The position numbers were made by a program, and so were the translations under genes. Below, one piece after another: positions 26,274 through 39,183 of a DNA stretch of 64,000 nucleotides. The stretch lies in NCBI GenBank assembly GCA_030390025.1, contig CM059431.1, positions 128,962,001 through 129,026,000 on the forward strand, read 5' to 3'. Each line of letters opens with the position of its first letter. Position 1 is the first letter of the stretch. A model generated the notes under the pieces. That model was not told the origin of the DNA and made no database searches. It saw only the letters and a list, made by a program, of their open reading frames with translations. The DNA is from Squalus acanthias. Taxonomy: Eukaryota.

Positions 26274-27190
26274 AGATGCCGGCGTTGGACTGGGGTGGAC
26301 AAAAATGAGAAGTCGCACAACACCAGGTTATAGTCCAACAGATTTATTTAAAATTACAAGCTTTCGGAGCTATCGCCCCTTTTTCAGGTAAAGTTACAAT
26401 GAGTGAATCTACAAAAGTTCACAGAATATAAACACAGAAAATGCAGAGATACAATCTTTCCTTACATCAAAGACACACCAAGAGCACAGCCAAGACAATG
26501 AGATGTGTCCCAGGGGGTCCAACGTGTCAAATCCTGCTGTCTGCAGCAGATCTCTCTCCATATCCCTTCCTCTCTCTCCGTCCTTTTTGTGTTTGTTTTT
26601 TGTGTTTGTTTTTTTGTGTTTGTTTTTTAAAAACTGGAAAGACAGACAACGATGTCAAGTCACGTTCTGTAGCGTGACATGAACCCGATATCCCGATATC
26701 GGATCTGCGGGTTAGCGTTCTCCAAGGCGGCCTTCGAGACACACGACAACGCAAAATCATCGAGCAGAAACTGATAGCCAAGTTCCGCACTCATGAGGAC
26801 GGCCTCAATAGGGATATCGGGTTCATGTCACGCTACAGAACGTGACTTGACATCGTTGTCTGTCTTTCCAGTTTTTAAGAAACAAACACAAAAAACAAAC
26901 CCAAAAAGGACGGAGAGAGAGGAAGGGATATGGAGAGAGATCTGCTGCAGACAGCAGGATTTGACACGTTGGACCCCCTGGGACACATCTCATTGTCTTG
27001 GCTGTGCTCTTGGTGTGTCTTTGATGTAAGGAAAGATTGTATCTCTGCATTTTTTGTGTTTATATTCTGTGAACTTTTGTAGATTCACTCATTGTAACTT
27101 TACCTGAAGAAGGGGCGATAGCTCCGAAAGCTTGTAATTTTAAATAAATCTGTTGGACTATAACCTGGTGTTGTGCGACTTCTCATTTTT
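26274..27190. mobile_element. Penelope-like insertion with ~390-bp inverted repeats
   Basis: Arms 26301-26694 and 26811-27190. The spacer encodes a GIY-YIG C-terminus (DLRVSVLQGGLRDTRQRKIIEQKLIAKFRTHEDGLNRD). TSD TATATAATTGCAG. Hammerhead core CTGAAGA..GAAA at ~27103-27130. Confidence 0.9.
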
Positions 27191-28160
27191 ATATAATTGC
27201 AGTAAGATGTCTTTACTCTTATACTAAAATCCTCTTGTAATAAAGGCCAACATACCATTTGATTTCCTAATAGCTTGCTGTACCTGCATGTTAACATTCA
27301 GTGATTCGTGTACAATGACAAACATGTCCCTCTGAACACCAACATTTCCCAATCTCTCACCATTGAAAAAATACTTTGCTTTTCTATTTTTCCTACCAAA
27401 GTGGATAACTTCACATTTCTCCACATTATATTCCATTTGCCATGTTCTTGCCCACTCACTTAGCTTAGCTTATCTATATCCCCTTGAAGCCTCTTTGCAA
27501 CCTCCTCACAACTTACATTCCCACCCAGCTTTGTATCATCTGCAAACTTGGATATATTATATTTGGTCCCCTCATCCAAATCATTGATATAGATTGTGAA
27601 TAGCTGAGGCCCAATCACTGATCCTTACGGTACCCCACTAGTTACAGCCTGCCAACCCAAAAATGACTCGTTTATTCCTACTCTCTGTTTTCTATCTGTT
27701 AACCAATCCTCAATCCATGCTAGTATATTACCCCCAATCCCATGAGCCCTAATTTTGTTTAATAACCTCTTGTGTGACACCTTATCGAATGCCTTCTGAA
27801 AATCCAAATACACCACATCCACTGGTTCCCCCTTATCTATTCTGCTAGTTACAACCTCAAAAAACTCTAACAGATACATCAAACATGATTTCCCTTTCAT
27901 AAATCCGTGTTGACTCTGCCCAATCCTATTATTATTTTCTAAGTGCCCTGTTACCACATCCTTAATTATAAATTCTAGCATTTTCCCGACTACTGATGTC
28001 AGGCTAACTGGTCTGTAGTTCCCCATTTTCTTTCTCCCTCCTTTCTTAAATAGTGGGGTTACATTTGCTGCCTTCCAATCTGCGGGAACCATTCTAGAAT
28101 CTATGGAATTTTGGAAAATGACAACCAATGCATCCACTATCTCTATAGCCAACTCTTTCA

Positions 28161-28630
28161 GCTGTCAGCTGTGGCTCAGTGGGTAGCACACTCGCCTCTG
28201 AGTCAGAAGGTTGTGGGTTCATAGTCCCACTCCAGGGACTTGAGCACATAAAGCTAGGCTGACACTCCAGTGCAGTGCTGAGGGAGTGCTGCACTGTTGG
28301 AGGTGCCATCCTTCAGATCAGATGCTAAACTGAGACCCCATCTGCTCTCTCAGGTGGACGTAAAAGATCTTATGGCACTATTTCGAAGACGAGCAGGGGA
28401 GTTGTCCCTGGTGTCCGGGCCAATATTTATCCCTCAATCAACATAACAAAAACAGATTATCTGGTCATTAACATATTGCTGTTTGTGGGAGCTTGCTGTG
28501 CACAAATTGGCTGCCGCATATCCCACATTACAACAGTAACTACACTCAAAAGTACTTAATTGGCTGTAAAGTGCTTTGAGATGTCCAGTGATCGTGAAAG
28601 GCGCTATATAAATGCAAGTATTTTTTTTTC
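28161..28630 (+). mobile_element. tRNA-derived SINE (SacSINE1/DeuSINE-like)
   Basis: A box TGGCTCAGTGG, a B-box-like GGTTCA, Deu-like core CAGGTGGACGTAAAAGATC and tail GAAAGGCGCTATATAAATGCAAGT. Second copy at 44413. Confidence 0.85.
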
Positions 28631-31084
28631 ATAACCCTAGGATGTAGGCCATCAGGTCCAGGGGATTTATCAGCTTTCAGTCCCATTAATTTCTCCAGTA
28701 CTACATTTTTACTAATACTAATTTCTTTCAGTTCCTCATTCACACTAGACCCTTGGTTCTCCACTATTTCCTGGAAGTTTTTTGCGTCTTCTTCTAAGAA
28801 GACAGACACAAAGTATTTGTTTAATTTCTCTGCCATTTCCTTATTCCCCATTATAATTTCTCCTGTCTCAGCCTGTAAGGGACCCACACTTATTTTCGCT
28901 AATCTTTTACAGTCTGTTTTTATGTCTCTCGCTAGTTTACTCTTATATTCTATTTTCCCTTTCTTTATCAATTTCTTGATCCTTCTTTGCTGAATTCTAA
29001 AATCCTCCCAATCCTCAGGCTTACTATTCTTTTTGGCAGCATTATAAGCCTCTTCCTTTGATGTAATACTATCTTTAACTTCTCTTGTTAGCCACGGTTG
29101 TACCACTTTTCCTGTGGGGTTTTTGTGCCTTAAAGAAATGTATATTTGTTGTAAATTATGTATTGATTCTTTAAATGCTAGCCATTGCTTGTCCACTGTT
29201 ATATCTTTTAATGTAGTTTTCCAATCTACCTTAGCCAAGTCGCCCCTCATACCTACGTAGTTTGCTTTGTTTAGATTTAAGACCCTAGTTTCAGATTGAA
29301 CTAAATCACTTTCAAACTCAATTTAAAATTCTGTCATATTATGGTCACTCTTCCCTAAAGGCCCCTTTATGACAAGGTTATTAATTAACCCTTTCTCATT
29401 GCACAATAGATGCTGCATCATGGTTGGGTCCGCAAGTGCACTAATGGAGTTGGCTACCAGTTCCATGCTGTAATGGATGGGCTCCAAGTTCTGTGCAAAG
29501 CCCTCTGCCAAGTTGGGGCTGGACTCCTCTATGCTCATTGACATTGCCTGCAGGCTTTCTGGCAGGCCTGCCAGTGCACCAAGCACTTCATTGTGCATAC
29601 CCATCAGCCTTCTTCTGTTGTCCACCCCATCGAAGTGCTCATCTGAGTCCTCTGCAGCTGAACCTGTGTGTGACCTCACCCTCCAGCGAGCTAACACCTG
29701 CGCTACCCTTGTCCCCTGCCCTGGTTGTAGGCCACTCATGCCGGTGTCTCTCCATGTGTAGTTTCCGCCTCTAAGCTATCCTCTAAATTATGCACAGTGT
29801 CAGTATCTGAGCTGTTGGCTGCAAGTGTGAAATCAAGTGATAGTGATTTTACTTCATCACTGTCTTCCTGCTCTTCCACCTCTTGGTCTTCCACCACTGC
29901 CTAGCCAGGTTGCAGTTCTGGGTATCTGAAAGGAGAAAGACACAAGGGTAGGGTTGTGTTGAGGGGAGGGGGGAAAGCAAGAGGTGCATGCTTATACCAT
30001 CTGCAGCTTGTAAATCAGAAGAGATTGTGGGAGGAGGGGGAAGTGGGATGTGAGAAGAAGGATTAGGTATGAGAATATTGTCAACTTCAATGGTGTCAGC
30101 CCCACCACTGGCCACGGCCTCAGCGATGACCGCTCGAATGATGGAGATTACCGTCTCCTCCATCGGAGTAAGGACATGCAGCCGTGCCTGTCCCCCACTG
30201 GGTAGGTCCTGCTGCCTCCAGTTATGTGCCAACTTGTCCTACAAGAGAAAGGGAAGTATGTCAGTGAGTGTTATGCAATGTGTTTGGGTGATGTGCCTGT
30301 CATGGTTGAATAGCTGGCAGTGTGGGCAAGCTGTGAGATGTGGGTGTGAGGCTTGCAGCAGCGCTAAGTGTGTGAGGGTGAAGTAAAGCTATGAATGTGA
30401 TGTAGGAGTCGTGATTGATAGAGATTGTTGGTAGGTGAGTGATGGGGGTGTGTTGTATTGAGCAGTGTGTGAGGTTAGTGGTGCAGTTGTTGGCATATGA
30501 CATTTGAAGATGAATTCACTGACCTTGACCACTGGTGAGAGGTCATTGAACTTCTTGCGGCACTGCATCCAGGTCCTCGGGGCTGGACTCCAGGCATTGA
30601 CCGGCATGGCTATCTGCTCCCACTGCCTTCACAGAGTTTGTCTGGAGGGCCCTCCTGGCCCCCTGTGGATAGAAGTCTTCTCTAATCCTCGCCACCTCCT
30701 CCACCAAGGCCTCCAGTGCAGCATCAGAGAACCTTGACGCACGCTGTCTCGCCTGTTGTGGCATAAATCACTCTTCTTCCTTCGCAGATTCTCTTCCACA
30801 AACAGTTCCATCACTTGCTCCAGCCAGAATGCACCTCCCCTTTAAGTAGTGCAGACTAGCTTTAAGTGGTGCTGCCGTCACACAAACTTGGGCCCCCTGC
30901 TGAAGCGTGCAGTCTCTCAACCGCGCGTTTAGTGCAGGCTGCATGCAGTAATCATGCAAATTAGCAGGCAGCATATCGCGATCCCCACACCTGTTTTCGG
31001 GGGCTATCGAATTTTGCCCCCATAATCTTTTATCCATCGGCTTTCCCCTCTTTCACACAGTTGATACTTTCTACTCTCAGCATT

Positions 31085-33960
31085 TAAAAAATGTTTTTTT
31101 TATTAATTCTCGGGATGTGGGCGCCGCTAGAAAAGCCAACATTTATTGCCCATCCCTAGTTGCCCTTGAGAAGCTAGTACTAAGCCTTCTTCTTGAGCTG
31201 CTGAAGTCCATGTGGTGAAGATACTCCCACTGTGCTGTTAGGTAGGGAGTTCCAGGACTTTGATCCAGCGACGATGAAGGAATGGCGATTTCTGTCCAAT
31301 TTGGACTAGTGTGTGACTTGGAGAAAGAACTGGAGGTGATGTGCTTGCTGCCCTTGTCCTTCTCGCTGTTAGAGGTCACGGGTTTGTGAGGTGCTGACGA
31401 AGAAGACTTGGCGAATTCCTGCTGTGCATCCTATAAGTTGGACATGTTGCAGCCATGGTGTGTCGGTGATGGAGGGAGTGAATGTTTGAGGTGGTGGTTG
31501 AGCTGCTAATCAAGCAGGGCTCTTTGTCCTTGATGATGGTGAGCTTCTTGAATGTTTTTGCAGCTACACCCATCCAGCCAAGTGGGGAGTATTCCATCAC
31601 ACTCCTAACTTATGCCTTGTAGGTGATGGAGAGTCAGGAGGTGAGTCACTCACCCCAGAATACCCAGCCTCTGACCTGCTCTAGTAGCCACAGCAGTGTT
31701 GTGGCTGGTCCATTTGAGGTTCTGGTCAATGGCACCACCAGGATGTTGATGGTGGAGGATTCGGCAGTGGTGATGCCATTGGATGTCAATGAGAGGTGGC
31801 TGGATTTTCTCTTGTTGGAGATAGTCATTGCCTGGCACTTGTGTTTCGCAAATGTAACTTGCCACTGATCAACACAAGCTTGGATGTTGTCCAGGTTTTG
31901 CTGCATGCTTCATTGTCTGAGGAATTGTGAATAGAGCTGATCAGTGCGCAATTATCAGTGAACATTCCCACTTCTGACCTTATGATGGAAGGAAGGTCAT
32001 TGATAAAGCAGCTGACAATCTTTGGCCTAGGATGCAGCCCTGAGGAACTCCTGCAGCAATGACCTGTTGCTGAGATGATTGACCTCCAACAACCACAACT
32101 ATCTTCCTTTGTGCTAGGAATTATTCCAGCCAGAGGAGAGTTTTCTCCCAATCCCCATTGACTTCAATTTTACTCGGGCTCCTTGGTGCCACACTCAGTC
32201 AAATGCTGCCTTGATGTCAAGGGTGGTCACTCTCACCTCACCTTTGTTTCAGTTCTTTTGTTCATGTTTGAACCAAGGCTGTAATGAGATTTGGAGCTCT
32301 GTGGTCCTGGTGGAACCCAAACTGAGCATCGGTGAGCAGGTTATTCATGAGTAAGTGCAGCTTGATAGCACTGTCGATGACAACTTCCATCTGCTGATGA
32401 TTGAGAGTATGTAGATAAGATGGTAACTGGCTGGGTTGGATTCATCTGTTTTTTATGGATAGGATATACCTGGGCAATTTTCCACATTGTCGGGTAGATG
32501 CCAGTGTTGTAGCTGTACTGGAACAGTTTAGCTAGTGGCATGGCTAGTTCTGGAGCACAGGTCTTCAGCACTACAGCTGGAATGTTGTCAGGACCCGTAG
32601 CCTTTGCTGTGTCCAGTGGACTCAGCCGTTTCTTAATATCATGTGGAGTAAATCTAATTGACTGGAGACTGGCATCTGTGATGGTGGGAACCTCAGGAGG
32701 AGGCAGAGAAGGATCATCCACTCGGCACTTCTGGCTGAAGATGGTTGCAAACACTTCAGCCTTGTCTTTTCCATTCACACACCAGGCTCCACCATCCTTG
32801 AGGATGGGGATGTTCATGGAACTTCCTCCTCCCGACAGTTGTTTAATTATCCACCACCATTCACGACTGGATGTGGCAGGATTGCAGAGCTTTGACCTGA
32901 TCCATTGATTGTGGGATCACTTAGCTCTGTCTATAGCACGCTGTTTCTGCTGTTGAGCATGCATGTAGTCCTGTGTTGCAGCTTCACCAGGTTAGCACCT
33001 CATTTTCAGGTACGCTTGGTGCTACTCCTGGCATGCTCTTCTACACTCCTCACTGAATCAGGGTTGGTCATCTGGCTTGATGGTAATGGTAGAGTGAGGG
33101 AAATGCCGGACCATGAGGTTACAGATTGCGGTGGAATTCATGATTGCTGCGGCTGATGCCACAAAGTGCCTCATGGATGCCCAGTTTTGAGCGGCTAGAT
33201 CTATTCTTAATCTATCCCATTTAGCACGATGGTAGTGCCACGTCACATGACACAATGGAGGATATTCTCAGTGTGAAGGTGGGACTTGGTCTCCACAAGG
33301 ACTGTGCAGTGGTCACCCCTATCAATAATGTCATGGACAATTGCATCTGCGACAGGTAGATTGGTGAGGATGATGTCAAGTATGTTATTTCCTGTGTTGG
33401 TTCTCTCACCACCTACCGCAAGCCCAGTCTGGATCTATATCCTCCAGGACTCAGCCAAGCTCGTTCAGCGGTGGTGCTACGGAGCCACTCTTGGTGAAGG
33501 ACATTGAAGAACCCCACCCAGAGTATATTCTGTGCCCTTACTACCCTCAGTGCTTCCTCCAACTGGTGTTCAACATGAAGGATTACTAATTCATCAGCTG
33601 AGGGAGGGTGGTAGGTGGCAATCAGCAGGTGGTTTCCTTGCCCATGTTTGACCTGAAGCCATGAGACTTCATGAGGTCTGAAGTCAATGTTGAGGACTCC
33701 CAGGGCCACTCCCAACTGATTGTATATCACTATGCCGCCACCTCTGGTGAGTCTGTCCTGACGGTGGGACAGGACATACCCAGGGATGGTGATGGAGGAG
33801 TCTTGGACGTTGGCTGGTAAGTATGATTCTGTGGGTATGACTATGTCAGGCTGATGCTTGACTGGTCTGTGGGACCGCCCTCCCAACCAGTCCCCAGATG
33901 TTGGTGAGGAGGATTTTTCAGGGTTGACTGGGCTGGGTGTGCCTTTGTTATTGGATTTAT
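31085..33960 (-). mobile_element. Degenerate near-full ORF2 LINE (APE plus RT, A-rich tail), distinct from the CR1 family in this window
   Basis: PDIVIPTESYL, KATGPDNIPAVVLKTCAPELA..MWKIAQVYPIHKK, GVPQG and GMFTDNC motifs. A-rich 3' end at ~31095-31105. Confidence 0.88.
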
Positions 33961-35060
33961 AGCATTCATACTATGCGAAGCTGCCTCACTCACCTTCACC
34001 ACCCTTTCACAGGCCACCCTCTAATCCACTGATCCACAGCAGAAAGGAGACTGCAAGAACTGGGTGAGGTGCAGCCGCATTGCAAACTCTCAGCCCAGTG
34101 CAGGACGATGCCAGTGGAGGACATCATTGGCAGAGGGAAGACATACAACTTTGGAGATGGAGTGAGCTACCACCACATGTCAGAGGTAGTGGAGGGGTCC
34201 AGTTCCAACTTGTGCAGGTTGTAAAGTATGGCATCAACACTCTACAGTCTACCATGGAGCATGTGGTCTCCTCAAAGTACACTGAAGCTAGGCCTTCCTT
34301 ACAGACACTATGGCACCAGTAGTAGTATCTTTTATTGATGCTCATAAAGGCACCATGCAGGCTCTGGACCTCATCATCTCCTCTGCCTTGAACGGGCTAG
34401 GAGGTCAAATGGATAGGGGCCGCAGTCACTGAGTACTGGGAGAGATGTTGGACATGTTAAGTGGGGTGGGGGGAGGGGTGGGGGGTTTGGGGATTTCAGC
34501 TGAATTGCTGTTCAATGACCCACTGCCAAAGAGCTCTGTCTGCAGGCTGGTATTGGTGCCCTGCCACTTATTTGCTATCCTCAAAGTCACCTATGTTATC
34601 TTCATCAACTGGTGAAGGTCCTGTGTCTCTGTTGCTGCATGCTTTGGCAAACATGGCATCAGTCACCTGCATGATTGACTGATGTTCTTGATATCCTCTG
34701 TTGCAGCCTGGAAAGAATTAGAGGTAAAGAAATTGAAGACCGTGGTCACCTTGACTTCAACTGGCACTGGAGTGCCAGGTGTGGTAGTAGGTTGCGAGCA
34801 GCAACATAGGTCTGTGACAGCTTCCCTGGAGAATCACAGCGTCCTTGTCCACTGCTTTTCTGAGAAGTGCAGGTTTGTAACTCTGGTCCTATATACCCAG
34901 TTGGGAAGGTAGGGATTTCTGCAAACTCTCCTTCTCCTCTGCGATCTACTTGTAGCTGCAGTTCTGTTTGCCCTTTCCACCTGTTGCTGCTGCTCATCCT
35001 CCCCCTCCTCCTCCTTTAGCCAGAATCGAATAGCCAAAAGGATTCCAATTTTCAGAAAGG
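33960..35060 (-). pseudogene. Degenerate Harbinger (HARBI1-like) transposase
   Basis: PYLPNWVYRTRVTNLHFSEKQWTRTL, then FSREAVTDLC..LPVEVKVTTVFNF, with a decayed C-terminus. Confidence 0.7.
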
Positions 35061-35734
35061 CAGCATTCCCAATACCGCCTTAAGCTATCTAAAGGTTGTC
35101 CAGCCACGATGAGCAAAAAAACAGTGATTCTGTGCCCAAAATTGCAGACAAATACAAGCAAGATGTTTCCCAAACAGTCTTATGGAACAGGTGAGTGCCT
35201 CTTCAAATACCGTTGAAACTGGTTGTTTCCTAGCCTGTACCACCCATGATTTGCTGGAGACAATGGGAAGCAGTGATGGCAACGCTGACTATAATGCATC
35301 TGGGTCCTAATTACATCATAGGACCCTCATTTAAATATATTTATTAGGCTCCTGCCTGTTTCCAGTAGAGGTACTGGCCACTTATGTCAAGACCTGCTTG
35401 AACATCACAACAGGCAGACCACCAGTGGTAACCCGACGATTTTTTTTCCCCCAATTTTTGTCCCATTACTCCTCCGTTCAAAAAAACAGGGTGGAAGGGA
35501 GACAAAAATAGGCTACATAGTTTTTTGAACTTTATCATTGGTGGTTTTTATCCCTTCTTTCTCCTTGCTGACTGGTACATTCCCTACCAATTAGTTTATC
35601 ACTTCCTGCTGTTTCAGGAAGATGAAATTTGAGGCAATCATGTGCAAGTATGTTTCAAAGGTTTGCCTGTATAGAGGTATGTGATGCTGAATTGTGACTA
35701 TTGAGGTATAATGAATGCTGATCTATGAGAACAT

Positions 35735-36727
35735 GGGGGTGATTTTGCCAATGGGGGCACGTTGGAGGCGGGACTGCTGCTTGTCTAGTAAAGGCATCAA
35801 GGGATATGACGATAGGGCCGGTGAATGGAGTTGAGGCAGAAGATCAGCCATGATCTCATTGAATGGAGGAGCAGGCTCGAAGGGCCGAATGGCCTACTCC
35901 TGCTCCTATTTCTTATGTTCTTATGTTCTTTGTCGGGTTTTGTCCTGCCTCCATCGACTTGTGGCCAGCTCACGCTATTTTCCCTTGATTGACCTTGTTA
36001 AGCCCGCCCAGCGGGCTTAGCAGGCAATTAAGGGGAAGCCGGTTACAGAGAACGTCAGCGTATGATGTTTCATCTGTCAAAAATTTTTGACAGATGAATT
36101 GTCATCGTTTGACAGCTCTGTGAAGCTGTCAAACACTGACATTCTCTGTTGTTTGATGAGTCCTTGTATTCAAGACTCATCAAACCTCTTTTGTGAGCAG
36201 AAATCAGATGGCTGTTGCATGGGAGAATGCAGCAGCCATTCTGTCATCTCTGCCGGTGAGATGCGGGAGCCTTCGGTTCCCCAACTGTTGAAGCCTGCAG
36301 GAAGAAACAAAGGTAAGTAAACATTTTCTATCACTTTTCACTCACCTCACATACTTACCTCGCCACACTTACACCCATCACTTACCTTCATAGTGCACTT
36401 TTGCACCCCGCAGACCCCCGCAGACCCACTGCTCGCCTCGGTGTCCCTGGCGGGGTTTCCTGATGTCGGGAAGCCCGCGCCTCTGCTGGAAAAATGGGGA
36501 TAATCCTCTTAACTGCCTGTTAACTACCTGTTAACAGGCAGTTAAGTGGCTGTAATCCCCTTCCTGCCTCCAGGAGACAGGACCCGGCGCGGGTCGGCTA
36601 CCCGCCTCCTGGGAAGATGGCACGAAGGTGGGTTGGGGGCGGGATGGGTACCCGCCCCCAGATTCTGCCATTTTCCTGACAGTCCCACCTACAAACCCGC
36701 CTCCCCAGGGTTTGCAAAATCGCCCCC
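35735..36727. mobile_element. Harbinger-type MITE containing a CR1 3' tail (~35785-35930)
   Basis: TIRs GGGGTGATTTTGC...GCAAAATCGCCCC with a 3-bp TSD readable as CAT or ATG. Confidence 0.7.
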
Positions 36728-37079
36728 ATGATTTTATAAACTATTGGATAGCCCGTGGAGTTGCTCATGGTAAGTCAGAAACTGCACTGTTTTTTAACGA
36801 CAAATGTGTTATACTATGAAATATTAGTTCTAATTGTCAGTATGTTTTAAAGTGCCAGTGTTTGCCTCTCTCAATCTTCATAATAGTGAAGGACATTTTC
36901 AGCTGATTAATGTAACAGCTGCTCACACAGTCGGTATGTACTCCACTTACCAGCAATTTAATCAAAACTCTGATTTTAAACAGTGCCACTGTGCTGGACA
37001 CTTGCCAACTGTATGGTCAGCTGTTATAATTACAGCTGAAAACCTTCTTCGGTGATAGATGGCCATTTTAAAGTATATT

Positions 37080-38740
37080 GGCCCAGATATTCCGATCCCT
37101 ACGGGTGGGTACGCGCTGTGTACCCACCTGTAGGGACATCGGAAATGCCGGTTTCAGGCATGCACAGCGCATGCGCTGGAAACCAGCATTTCCGATCTAT
37201 CTTTAATGGTCTTGACAGATCCTCCCGCTGCCCTGGAGAAGGGCCTCTGGGGGCGGATAGTTCCGTTTTTTGGAGACCCTCCGCCTGCAGAAAACCCTTA
37301 CAATTCTTACGCCTGGTAAAAGCAGGCGTAAGGCCTGCTTTTACCAGGATAAGAGATGAAAAAAAGTTTTTAAAAAATTTTCACTGATTTATCATTTAAA
37401 AATACTTTAAAAAAGGTAAGTTCATTTTTAGCCCCGTAAAAAAATATAATTATTTTTTTCAAAAAATTAAATTTTTGTTTAAAATAGTTAGGGGGAAAAT
37501 TCCGTTGGTTTGCGCCTCCCGTTAGCACCTTAAGAGGGCGTTAATGGGGCGCAAAGCAACTAGCGCCCGGGCGCGGCGATATCTGCGCCTCTCGTGAAAT
37601 TGACCAGACATTTTGCGGCGGCGCTAAACACTACCGCCACGATCTCCTGCGCCGGCAGATCGTGACGTCAGTCGAGTGCGCAACATCCCGGTAGCACCCC
37701 AGAGCGGATATTGAGTGGCGCCCCCTGCCTTACTGCCTGCCGTTAGCAACGACAGGTTGAGGGGAACGTTTTGCAGTTGGGAAGGGACTGGGGGAGCGCT
37801 ATTTAAAGGCGAACGCTTCCTGCCTTTTTTTGTTGGTCACATTTTTGCACCACGCATTGAGAGAGAGAGAGAGAGAGAGAGAGGGAGACCTCTGGAGAGA
37901 TTCAATGCTGTGTGAAGAAGTTTTGGGTACTGAGCAGCATTTTGCAGGTTCATTTTGATTTGCCCTTCCTTGCATCTATTTAGAAGAGACTGTGGGGGCT
38001 GCACTCTGAGCTCTTTCCCTGGTTCTCTCCATTGTTCTTTCCAGCAGATTTGATGTACAGGACTCTCCAGGCCGAGATTCAAGGCTGCAATGAGCAGGAT
38101 GTGGATGGAGAGCAAGATCAACCCTTCCCTTTAAGAACTGGCTGGCGCCATTGTGTCTGTGTTCCATTGCTGACTGACATCACATGAGCTTCGCCAGCGC
38201 TCTGAGGTAGCACCTCGCTCCTCAGCCTTTGCGCCTTAAGACAGGTGTGTAGCGCCTGATTTAGCGCTCCAATCACCTCCAGGGGCGATGAAAGCCAAGT
38301 TTGCAGTCGGAGGCGATAATTAGCGCCAGGCGCTAAACATTGCGCACAGCCGATAATTGCGCCCCAAACGGGGCGATACTGAATTTTTCCCCCTTAATTT
38401 ATTGTAATTTCAAGTCATTTTAAAAATGTGATTTTTTTTAAAATTTATTTAAAGTTTCACTATTTTTTTTCATTGATCTCCATTCATATATTTGACAGGT
38501 CTTCCTGTCAAATGTATGAAGGGAGATTCCCTTCTGTGATTGGCTCCCCATGGCCCACGTGATCCCAGGGACGCTGCGAACTACATGCGCCCCTGGGATA
38601 CGTGGGCCCTGCACACTTCAAGTTTGGAGAGGTCCAGGAGCGGAAGCGTGTGTCTCCCAGGAGCCCTCAGGTAAGGGCGCAGATTTTTCCAGATCGCAGG
38701 CCTCTGCCCGCGGGAGGCCTGCGATCAGAAAATACGGGCC
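37080..38740. mobile_element. Harbinger-type MITE, family A, interrupted by a family B MITE
   Basis: Ends GGCCCAGATATTCCGATC...GATCAGAAAATACGGGCC. Collinear with 15229-15998 once 37491-38393 is removed. Confidence 0.8.
37491..38393. mobile_element. Harbinger MITE, family B
   Basis: TIRs GGGGGAAAATT...AATTTTTCCCCC with TSD TTA. Close copy at 50036-50885. Confidence 0.88.
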
Positions 38741-39183
38741 GATGTGTAATAAAATTGCTTTTTTTCGGTGGCTCGTTCTCTTTTCCTTTGTTTAAGATTC
38801 CAACTCTTTGCTTTGATATGTTTTTCACAGCTTCATTGCTCACCCAGCATGTATATATATCCTTCCCTCTTTCTTTCATTATACCTGGCACCCTATCCCA
38901 TTTCCTTCTCGCATTTTCTTTGTCATCCTCTTTCCACAGATACACTCTCTCACATACACACTAGCCCTCACACACAGGCTTTTTTCCTTCTTTTTCTCCT
39001 CTCTCTCCCTTATACACATATCCCAAACACATTGATGTACATGGAGCCTCTCTTTCTCACAAACATACACTGGGAAGAATTTTAACCCTACCCACCTGGC
39101 TGAAAGTGGGCAGGTGGACAGTTAAAATGCAGTCAGGTGACTTACCCGTCAATATTCCGTCTGCTTCCTGCCGATCTTTATCT

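Larger units (their letters stand above)
25691..29407 (-). mobile_element. 5'-truncated CR1 LINE with nested Penelope and SINE
   Basis: GKSDHN, NYRPVSLTS, YLDFQKAFDKV and RPHLEYCVQFWSP motifs, plus a TTCTTATG tail at ~25691-25710. Confidence 0.95.
24900..31021 (-). mobile_element. Harbinger element right half (Myb/SANT gene on minus, 3 exons) split by the CR1 at 25691-29407
   Basis: Exon 1 30764-30520 (MPQQARQRASRFSDAALEALVEEV..WMQCRKKFNDL); exon 2 ~30239-30070; exon 3 ~29925-29408 resuming at 25690-25200. Acidic transposase-like tail at 24900-25010 (plus). TIR-like GAATTTTGCCCCC at ~31009-31021. Confidence 0.75.

Noticed and set aside
26441..27050. Near-identical ORFs on opposite strands as duplicated genes
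   Set aside because: They are mirror translations of the non-coding Penelope inverted repeat.
28161..28235. tRNA gene
   Set aside because: It is the tRNA-derived head of a SINE (likewise ~44413-44485).
37837..38121. ORF with a signal-peptide-like start (MILLSIHILLIAAL), repeated at 50236-50613
   Set aside because: It lies inside a MITE, has a non-ATG start, and the frames diverge at a (GA)n run between the copies.
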